Of a DNA stretch of 64,000 bases, positions 9,540-16,936 are shown in pieces. Source of the DNA: a virus. Its lineage: Duplodnaviria; Caudoviricetes. The notes beneath the pieces were generated by a model that did not search any database, was not told where the DNA came from, and saw nothing but the letters and a program-made list of their open reading frames with translations. Location: IMG/VR virus record IMGVR_UViG_3300021256_001754, positions 128,001-192,000 of that record. The stretch is one strand, 5' to 3'. Made by a program: the position numbers and the translations under genes. Position 1 is the first letter of the stretch. Every line of letters starts with the position of its first letter.

Positions 9540-10652
9540 ATGAAAGAAACTGATACCGATTATTCTATAAAGTTTTATAAGAGATTTTATTACAATAAAA
9601 ATTCTATATCATTTATGAGATATCCGGATTATATGTATATGGCTGAAATAAAAAATCCATATTCATCTTTATGTGGAAACAGGGTATTTGAAATCGAAGA
9701 GCTTACAAAATCACGTGATGTTAATGGAACTTGGAGTATAGATATCCTCTTTAGATCTAATCCTAAATTATTAGATTATGATTATAGTATGGTAAAGGAA
9801 ATATTTGATTATGATAGAAATTGTTTGGCATTTTACGTTAGCAATAACTTTAGTAATTCATATTGGAGAGATCGTATATTTACCATTATAGGAGATAGTT
9901 TAAAATTAATTAATACCACTCTTAGATGTACCAGAATTGACGATTCAGATGAATATTATACTTTAAGTGGTATAATTGTACCAGAGGTTGTAGAAGATAT
10001 CGATAGAAGTTCAATAATCCCTAATCAGATGATCGATATGACTTTGCCTGCTCTTCTTCCTAAGCCTATAACTAAGGATGAAAAATGGCCTACAAAACCA
10101 TCTACTGCCGAGATGGATAAAGAAGATATAGTGTCAAAAGCAATAGATGAAATGACGTTATATCCGGAGAAAATAGTAGATTATATTCATTTTAATAATA
10201 CGACCACAACGAGGCTATTTCGTGATATAATAATTAAAAGTCTTAAAAAGGTATATGGAGATGATTATAAGTTAGGTTATAAATCTCAGATGGATTCTAC
10301 AAGAAAATTAATGGAGGATAAAATGAAATTAACAAGAGTTGGAATGATGTGTTTGGAACTGAAGGATGTAAAGTTCTCTGGAGATAAAACTATCGCGTTC
10401 TGGGAAGATGGTGAAAAGACTATTGTTACTATGCAGGACGATGAAAAGGAGTATGATCCCGAGAAGGCTATTATGGCTTGTTATATGAAGAGATTGATTG
10501 ATATTCAGAAACAGGTTACTAACCATAATATTTCTATAAAGAAGATCTTTGATAAGTATCTTGCTAAGTATGAGAAAGAGAAACCGAAGATTGAAGCTCA
10601 GATTCAGAAGATTAAGCAGAGAAAGGCTAATAAAAAAGAGAATACAAAATAA
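9540..10652 (+). CDS. Hypothetical phage protein
   Basis: The C-terminal block VKFSGDKTIAFWEDGEKTIV...YDPEKAIMA resembles a small domain common in Firmicutes phages. Confidence 0.7.
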   Translation: MKETDTDYSIKFYKRFYYNKNSISFMRYPDYMYMAEIKNPYSSLCGNRVFEIEELTKSRDVNGTWSIDILFRSNPKLLDYDYSMVKEIFDYDRNCLAFYVSNNFSNSYWRDRIFTIIGDSLKLINTTLRCTRIDDSDEYYTLSGIIVPEVVEDIDRSSIIPNQMIDMTLPALLPKPITKDEKWPTKPSTAEMDKEDIVSKAIDEMTLYPEKIVDYIHFNNTTTTRLFRDIIIKSLKKVYGDDYKLGYKSQMDSTRKLMEDKMKLTRVGMMCLELKDVKFSGDKTIAFWEDGEKTIVTMQDDEKEYDPEKAIMACYMKRLIDIQKQVTNHNISIKKIFDKYLAKYEKEKPKIEAQIQKIKQRKANKKENTK

Positions 10653-10719
10653 GCTTCTCAAGAACTGTGAATAATAAATTAATCCCTGGGTGATTCCCAG
10701 GGATTTTTCTTTTATGAAA

Positions 10720-10756
10720 GGAGTATTATTTAACACATATCAAAACTAAAAAATAA
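10720..10756 (+). repeat. 37-bp direct repeat, copy 2
   Basis: Matches 8320..8356, exactly 2400 bp downstream. Confidence 0.85.
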
Positions 10757-10777
10757 TAAATAGAAAGGTAATTCAGA

Positions 10778-11014
10778 ATGAAAGAAAACGATAATATAAT
10801 CGAATTAGAGAAAGTTAAACAGGAGAAAGAAAAGAAACGTATTAATGAGCTTACAGAAAATTTTGTAGCAAATGATTTAAACAAATTTCTGGAAACTCTT
10901 CCTGATACATACAGTGAATTCGAAAAGGATGTATCATTAGTATCCTATGTATTTACAACTGGTTATCTTTATGGAAAAGATGATGCAAAGAAAGAAATAG
11001 GTGAATCTAAATAG
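10778..11014 (+). CDS. Hypothetical protein (tandem paralog)
   Basis: Close paralog of 11029..11256. Confidence 0.8.
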   Translation: MKENDNIIELEKVKQEKEKKRINELTENFVANDLNKFLETLPDTYSEFEKDVSLVSYVFTTGYLYGKDDAKKEIGESK

Positions 11015-11028
11015 AAAGGTGGTTCATA

Positions 11029-11256
11029 ATGAACGAAAACGATAACGTAATTGAATTAGAGAAAATTAAACAGGAGAAAGAAAAGAAACGTATTAAAGAG
11101 CTTGTAGAGCATTTTATAATAGAACAATTGGATGATTTTCTAAAAACTCTTCCAGATACATATAATACAATCGAAAGAGATATATCAATATCATCTTGTG
11201 CATTTACAGCCGGTTATCTTTATGGAAAAGAAGATGCAAAGAAAGAAATCGAATAA
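11029..11256 (+). CDS. Hypothetical protein (tandem paralog)
   Basis: Shares ENDNxIELEKxKQEKEKKRI and GYLYGKxDAKKEI with 10778..11014. Confidence 0.8.
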   Translation: MNENDNVIELEKIKQEKEKKRIKELVEHFIIEQLDDFLKTLPDTYNTIERDISISSCAFTAGYLYGKEDAKKEIE

Positions 11257-11267
11257 GGAGATAATAT

Positions 11268-11849
11268 ATGGATAAATGGGGTCGTAAGAATTCAGATTCA
11301 AATAATTTTAGAGTTGTACTTTTTGTATCTAGAAATAAAGATAACAAAACACCAGCAAATATTGTAAAAGGTTTTAAAGAAAGGAAAGAATCTTTTTTAA
11401 CCTATAAAGATACAGATGAGTTGATGGAAGATTTTAAAAACTTTGCTAGTAAAGGTGTTCCTGGAGAGATAAGCAGATTCTATATATCTGTAAATGCAAG
11501 AAATCTTACAAGCATTAAAAGAGCAGTATTGCATGCATTGATAGACGATGATTCAAATAAATTTATTGCAAATCCTCTTCCTTATATTGCAGGTATAGCA
11601 GCTTTAAAAGAAAATGCTTTGACTAGGAAATGGATGCTTGATATAGATACAAAAGATGAATCTGTATTAAATCAGATAAAAGAACTCATATCTAAAAATA
11701 CTGTAATATCTGAAGAAATAGAAACTCCAAATGGTTATCATATTATAGTAGAAAATGGATTTGATACTAGAGAATTATTGAATAAATTCCGCGATGTATC
11801 TCTAAAAAGAGATGATCTAAAATTCGTTTCTATAGCTACGAAAGTATAA
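11268..11849 (+). CDS. Phage protein with AEP (primase-polymerase)-like motifs
   Basis: WMLDID (DxD) and ETPNGYHII (GxH). Confidence 0.5.
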   Translation: MDKWGRKNSDSNNFRVVLFVSRNKDNKTPANIVKGFKERKESFLTYKDTDELMEDFKNFASKGVPGEISRFYISVNARNLTSIKRAVLHALIDDDSNKFIANPLPYIAGIAALKENALTRKWMLDIDTKDESVLNQIKELISKNTVISEEIETPNGYHIIVENGFDTRELLNKFRDVSLKRDDLKFVSIATKV

Positions 11850-11869
11850 TATACAAAAAATAAATAGCC

Positions 11870-12200
11870 CTAGGGACAATAAATCCCTAGGGTTATTTAC
11901 ATGTCTATGTTTCCTAAGTCTTTATTATTAAAGGAGAAACTTCAATTTTTTAACTTAGGAATTTTGAGAGGTGTCAATATATCGATATTACGACACTAAT
12001 GTAGAAGATTCTATACCGACATATTGAGAGCTCCTAATCTGATTCGAACAGATAACCTACTGATTACAAATCAGTTGCTCTTGCCAGTTGAGCTATAGAA
12101 GCTTAAGTCTTAATCTTAGTAGGAGGGAAGATTAAGACTTATGGTTGATATACACAATATATCGATAGGCGCAGCTTTGTATATACCAACTTCCAAGGAT
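11870..12200 (-). ncRNA. Probable structured tRNA-containing transcript with extra hairpins
   Basis: TACA-N6-TA at 12201-12212 (minus); hairpins at 12144-12190, 12104-12141, 11971-11996 and 11911-11961; terminator near 11866-11894. Confidence 0.5.
12029..12102 (-). tRNA. tRNA-Thr(UGU)
   Basis: GCTTCTA/TAGGAGC acceptor stem, D arm GCTC-AACTGGCAA-GAGC, anticodon arm ACTGA-TTTGTAA-TCAGT, TTCGAAT T-loop; no encoded CCA. Confidence 0.93.
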
Positions 12201-12226
12201 TACTTATATGTAGATAATACATATTT

Positions 12227-12784
12227 TTATTTTTTCATATTGCTCTTTAATAATACAAGTAAAGCTTTCTTTTGTGTATCTGTATATCTAAATATATTTT
12301 CTTTCATACTTCTAAGTACAAAATTAAAATTGTTTACATCCTCATCTGTATTATCAGATAATAAATATCTTAACGATATATCAAATCTATAAGATATTTT
12401 CTCTAATATATCACTATCAGGAATTAAATCTCCAGTAAGAAGCAGTACTAAAGTATGTTCTGGTATATCGGTATCTTTTGATAATTGCTTTAGTGTTAAT
12501 TTATCTCTTTCTATTAATCTGAATAGATTAGAGCTAAAAGCAAATTTCTTACATCTATCACTAATACGTACATCGCTTAATATATAATCTGTAGGTACAT
12601 CGAATAGATCCGCTATCTTTTTCAATAAAATTACACATTTATAAGAACCGTTTATAAATTTATAAACGGTTGGTTGTTTGGTTTTTGTAAGTTCAGCGAG
12701 TTGTTGTATTGATATTCCTTTACGATCTAACAATTCATCCAAATTATCACACATTGTTTCTTCTATCTTATGATAATCTTTCAT
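12227..12784 (-). CDS. Tandem XRE-family HTH transcriptional regulator
   Basis: Two HTH blocks (SIQQLAELTKTKQPTVYKF...IADLFDVPTDYIL and TLKQLSKDTDIPEHTL...FDISLRYLL). Confidence 0.8.
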   Translation of the reverse strand: MKDYHKIEETMCDNLDELLDRKGISIQQLAELTKTKQPTVYKFINGSYKCVILLKKIADLFDVPTDYILSDVRISDRCKKFAFSSNLFRLIERDKLTLKQLSKDTDIPEHTLVLLLTGDLIPDSDILEKISYRFDISLRYLLSDNTDEDVNNFNFVLRSMKENIFRYTDTQKKALLVLLKSNMKK

Positions 12785-12802
12785 ATGATACTCCTATATA
12801 AA

Positions 12803-13267
12803 TTACCATTTAGTAGAATCTATATCATTCCATATAACCTTATTATTATATTTCTTACCAAGTTCTATAGAATGAGATGTACCTTTACCTTTGCTCTGTT
12901 TATCTTTATAACAAAGAACTACTCTATGAGGATATTTAGCTATAAATTGATGCATTTCTTCATTTCTTATAAAACCAGCACTTGCACCAAATTTCTTCCA
13001 ATTAGCCGGAAATACTATTAAACGATATCCATTTCTTCTAGCATAATCCTCTGCAATAGAATCTACACCAGTAGCCCCACCTGATACTATAACGATATTG
13101 TATCTATCATTAACAACCGATTCTATATCTCTAGTTATCATTTTAGATATTTCATTGTATGCTTTTTCGTATTGCTCTGAATATCTAGGCGAATCTTTAG
13201 TTACTGTTCTAGATCCTGCAATTAAAACCATAAAAGTTGTCTCTGTTGTCATATTGTCGTTGTTCAT
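12803..13267 (-). CDS. SLOG-superfamily protein (YspA/DUF2493-like)
   Basis: IAGSR, VSGGATGVD, PANWKKFGASAGFIRNEEM and GTSHSI motifs. Confidence 0.8.
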   Translation of the reverse strand: MNNDNMTTETTFMVLIAGSRTVTKDSPRYSEQYEKAYNEISKMITRDIESVVNDRYNIVIVSGGATGVDSIAEDYARRNGYRLIVFPANWKKFGASAGFIRNEEMHQFIAKYPHRVVLCYKDKQSKGKGTSHSIELGKKYNNKVIWNDIDSTKW

Positions 13268-13305
13268 TTTATTTCTCCTTTAGATTTATATATTAAAAAA
13301 GATAG

Positions 13306-13677
13306 TTATATTTTACTATCTTCTTTTTGAAGATAAGTTTTATTTATTGCTATTGCATCGTCACCGATATGTCTATACATAAAATCAAATTTATCTATAC
13401 GTAATCTTGATGTTTCACCATTATCAAATCTTACATCAGCATAGTATACAATAACACCATCAGATCTAATAGATTTACCAATTTGTGTTATCACACAATG
13501 CTGACATTCTTTAATTTCATCTATACCATCATAATCAGATAACGATGTTATACGGTTTATGCTATACAGTATGACTATAAGTGATAAAACTATAGCAACA
13601 CATCCGGTAACGAGTTTAAAATACATTAAAACTAATCTCTTCTTTTCCATATTCAATTGTACCCCTTCTAATGACAT
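13306..13677 (-). CDS. Membrane-anchored hypothetical protein
   Basis: N-terminal hydrophobic helix. Confidence 0.6.
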   Translation of the reverse strand: MSLEGVQLNMEKKRLVLMYFKLVTGCVAIVLSLIVILYSINRITSLSDYDGIDEIKECQHCVITQIGKSIRSDGVIVYYADVRFDNGETSRLRIDKFDFMYRHIGDDAIAINKTYLQKEDSKI

Positions 13678-13768
13678 TTAAGCCTAAATTAATAAAATGT
13701 GATTCTATCTGTATATAATTATTATTATCTTAATATAATATTAATAAATGATAAAGGAGCATAATTAT

Positions 13769-13939
13769 ATGGAAACTAGAGAATATTATAGATACATTGG
13801 TAGATATAGATATTTTGATAGAAAGATAATCGATTATTCTAATGGATTGATAATTCGTTGTTTATCTGATAGAGAATTAAAAAATAGACAGAATAATATG
13901 TGTGAAATATATGAGAAAATAAAAGTAAACAATAGCTAA
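13769..13939 (+). CDS. Small hypothetical protein
   Basis: AAAGGAG RBS ahead of METREY. Confidence 0.55.
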   Translation: METREYYRYIGRYRYFDRKIIDYSNGLIIRCLSDRELKNRQNNMCEIYEKIKVNNS

Positions 13940-13979
13940 AACTAACTTATAATATTAGTATAATTTAGGAGGTTGATAT

Positions 13980-14288
13980 ATGAATATTGAAGTTGTTAGA
14001 AGAAAAGGTGAAATTATACCAACAAGAATGGTTATCAGAGTAGATGGAGTTGAGGTTATCTATAATCCGTTACCAGATAAATTTGGATATAATTTTTGTA
14101 TGCCATCTATAAAGGATGAGAAGAAAGCTATAGAAATTGCTGAGGGTATAGCAACAGTTATGGAGAATCAGTCTTACGATCATGGTGCTAGTTGGAGAAG
14201 AACTTCTGTAGAGATTGTACCACAGAACGAAAGATATAAGATTGGTACTATTGTAAGAGTATTGTTTAGAGTGAGAGATGCTGGTTGA
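13980..14288 (+). CDS. Hypothetical protein
   Basis: AGGAGG RBS, 102 aa. Confidence 0.75.
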   Translation: MNIEVVRRKGEIIPTRMVIRVDGVEVIYNPLPDKFGYNFCMPSIKDEKKAIEIAEGIATVMENQSYDHGASWRRTSVEIVPQNERYKIGTIVRVLFRVRDAG

Positions 14289-14351
14289 TATTTTATTCTC
14301 TATGGTTAAAATACCGTAGAGAATATTTATTGTATAGTAAGCTCTTATATA

Positions 14352-14385
14352 AGATACCCCCTTAATCTGATAATGGTGGTATATG
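14352..14385 (-). repeat. Palindromic ATACC...GGGGTAT motif, copy A (inverted)
   Basis: Reverse complement CATATACCACCATTATCAGATTAAGGGGGTATCT; the 3' 18 bp are identical to copy B. Confidence 0.8.
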
Positions 14386-14437
14386 ATAGCTTCAGAAATA
14401 TACACTAAGATTCTTTTTTTTTTTTCGATATATATTT

Positions 14438-15184
14438 AATGATGAGCTTACTGGCAATAGCACAGCTGGTTATCATAATGCTAAATATAGGAATAAAGAT
14501 TTAGGTACGATAACAGCTGGTAATAGAGATGCTTGGGTTCAAACCTATGTAAATGGTGGTAATTTTGAAGCTTTTGTTGGTGACGAAGTTACTATACAAG
14601 ATGGTGTTTATAATGCTAAATGGTTGGTAGCAGGATGTGATACTGAGTTGAATAAAGGAGATACCGCTTTAACAACACATCATGTTAGCTTGATTCCAAA
14701 AACACATTTATTTAGTGCTAGAATGAATAGCTCTAATACAACAGCAGGTGGTGTAAAGGGATCAGAAATGGTCACATCTACATTGCCAGCTTTAGCAACA
14801 ACTCTTAAATCTGCTCTTGGTAATAGACTTCTTGAGAGAAGAGTTTTGTACAGTAAGGCTGTTGATACATCAGCAGTTTCACAGTATTCTAAATGGACAG
14901 GTATGGCTTCCGATTGGGAATGGTTTAGCGCTTACTGTAGTTTGTTATCAGAAGTACAAGTTTATGGCTCTATGGTGTTTGGTGGTCCATACGATATAGG
15001 AGAGGCTTCACAGCAGTTACCGATATTTAAATTTATCAATTTTATAAATTACAGTCGTTCCCTCTTCTGGCTTCGTGGTGTCGCGAGCTCTACGGATTTC
15101 TGTCGTGCCAGCGGCAACGGCATTGCCGACTACACCAGCGCTTCCGCTTCCAATGGTGTTCGCCCGCTCATAACTGTTGGATGA
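14438..15184 (+). pseudogene. Start-less cassette 5: DGR target (C-type-lectin-like fibre tip with variable region)
   Basis: Frame open from TAG 14387 with no start codon until an RBS-less TTG at 14624; begins AAT GAT GAG CTT; reads NDELTGNSTAGYHNAKYRNKDLG...MNSSNTTAGG...LLSEVQVYG...FWLR...ASASNGVRP. Confidence 0.75.
15056..15170 (+). other. DGR variable region (VR)
   Basis: Abrupt GC-rich stretch with NNC/NNT codons (AGC GGC AAC GGC ATT GCC GAC TAC ACC AGC) ending in GVRP, as expected from adenine mutagenesis of an AAC-rich template. Confidence 0.75.
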
Positions 15185-15270
15185 TGAATGACAGCGTAGC
15201 TTAATGCGGAGCTGGAAATTCATCATCTGCACATATTTATTTTGATAACTTATAGATGAGAAATAAATAT

Positions 15271-15298
15271 TTTTGCTGGCGGAATTCCGCCAGCAAAA
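15271..15298. promoter_or_regulatory. Perfect 28-bp palindrome downstream of the VR (DGR hairpin-like)
   Basis: TTTTGCTGGCGG-AATT-CCGCCAGCAAAA. Confidence 0.65.
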
Positions 15299-15311
15299 GA
15301 AAGAGGTAAAT

Positions 15312-15590
15312 ATTGCTGTTCCTAAAAGTAAACGTGGCGAGTCTAAATTAATGTATTATTACTATTCTTTAAGACTTACTGATGCTATAACTATGTTTCT
15401 TATGAAAGATTTTGGAATGAAAATGCACACCAAAGATATCCAAACAGCAACATATAATGCAAAAATGAGCAAAGAAGATACTACCGCATTTAAAAATATC
15501 TGTGGTAGATATGGTATCGATGTGGTTGTTAATTATCCAAATTGGTTAATGGATAATTTTCGCAATATGATACTTGCCGATCTTGATTAA
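15312..15590 (+). pseudogene. avd: Truncated DGR accessory (Avd-like) gene
   Basis: GAGGT RBS then ATT where ATG is expected; AVPKSKRGESKLMYY...LMKDFG...YPNWLMDNFR resembles Clostridia Avd-like N-termini; ends abruptly. Confidence 0.55.
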
Positions 15591-15925
15591 AATTAACAGA
15601 AACTGGAGCATTGATTAGAAAAGTAAATTCAGAAGTATTTAGAAGAGAGTATAAAAGAATAAACAATTTTAGAATATTGCTGGATAAAGGTAGACTTAGT
15701 TTAAAAGATATTAGAAATTGTTATTTATCGTGGAGAGGAACATATTCTAAATTTGATTCTGGATATGATATATTAGATATGGATTTGTATTTTAGATATA
15801 TTTTTAATCTAAATAAAAATTTTGAATTACCAGAAGATATAGATAAATCTAAAAAGAAGACGAAAACAGATAAAAAGAAAATATATAGAAATAATTTTTA
15901 TAACGAACCAGGAATCAATTGCTAA
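15587..15925 (+). pseudogene. C-terminal remnant of a DGR reverse transcriptase
   Basis: LKLTETGALIRKVNSEVFRREYKR...DIRNCYLSWRG...MDLYF matches the RT thumb/C-terminus; no YxDD domain. Confidence 0.7.
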
Positions 15926-15944
15926 TATAGTAGAATTCTCTTCT

Positions 15945-16040
15945 ACTATATTTGTAAATAAATATAAAAAGTATATACATATACCCCCATCACCCAGATT
16001 AAGGGGGTATCTATACAATCACTATATTTGTAAATAAATA
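15945..16040 (+). repeat. 20-bp direct repeats flanking palindromic motif copy B (15978..16012)
   Basis: ACTATATTTGTAAATAAATA at 15945 and 16021. Confidence 0.85.
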
Positions 16041-16103
16041 CATGACTACCAACAAACTAGTATAAAATACAACATAATTGGTGTAATTAAGGAGGAATAT
16101 AAT

Positions 16104-16895
16104 ATGAACAACACACCTATTTGTCCAATTTATTTTGAGAATCATGAGTTTGGTGGTCATCTCTATAGTATTGAGAATTTTACAAACTTTAAATTTGGTT
16201 GTATAAGAACAACTATTCTTAACGGTAAACCTTACTTTTCCGCTAAAGATATTTGTAGAGGATTATGTCTCGACACAGATAATGTTTCTAGATTTGTTTC
16301 TGAAGCTGTCAATGATTTGGGTATGTACATATACCCTCCTTACCAGATTAGTGGGGTATCTATACAAGAGCTGTATTATACAATAAATATCGAAGTAACA
16401 CATCCAGGTAATAATGGCTGTCAAGTTAAACAAACGGTACAAACGTTATTTATTTCTGAACCTGTTTTATACATGCTAATATTTAGATCTAGAAAGAAAG
16501 ATGCTGTTGGGTTTAAAGCTTGGTTATCTGTAGAGATACTTCCTAATCTTAGAATTTTAGGTAGAGAAAGAGCAGCTTCTATTATAGCTGACGAAACTAA
16601 TGCTATGAGAAAGGCAGTAGCAGAAATCAGTAATAAATATGATAAGCTTGAGCATATGGCTGAAACAACAGGTCTTATATTTAGCAGTGTTATGGAAGTT
16701 ATTGATAAAGAACGTAGAGATCATAGTGTGGAAGCCTCTATAATAGATTCTAAGATTAAAGATCTAATTATTAGAGTTGATTCTATTGGTTGGAATAGTA
16801 GTGAGCTTATCAATGGACAGATGGACTTAGCTCAGAAAATAAATGGTATAGCATCTGGATTAGATATGATATTCGGTGGTAGAAGAAGTGCATAA
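16104..16895 (+). CDS. BRO-N domain (antirepressor-like) protein
   Basis: FGCIRTTILNGKPYFSAKDICRGL...FISEPVLYMLIFRSRKKDAVGFKAWLSVEILPNLR; coiled-coil C-terminus; contains motif copy C at 16321-16367. Confidence 0.85.
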   Translation: MNNTPICPIYFENHEFGGHLYSIENFTNFKFGCIRTTILNGKPYFSAKDICRGLCLDTDNVSRFVSEAVNDLGMYIYPPYQISGVSIQELYYTINIEVTHPGNNGCQVKQTVQTLFISEPVLYMLIFRSRKKDAVGFKAWLSVEILPNLRILGRERAASIIADETNAMRKAVAEISNKYDKLEHMAETTGLIFSSVMEVIDKERRDHSVEASIIDSKIKDLIIRVDSIGWNSSELINGQMDLAQKINGIASGLDMIFGGRRSA

Positions 16896-16936
16896 TAAAA
16901 TCCCAGTAGGATATAATTCCTACTGGGAATTTTTAA

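Noticed and set aside
15182-15190. Extra TGATGA at the stop of cassette 5 as a sixth junction
   Set aside because: It reads GAT GAA TGA and closes at once; probably a tandem stop.
14438-15925. Intact, cis-active DGR
   Set aside because: No template repeat and no RT catalytic domain in the window; the avd-like gene is truncated.
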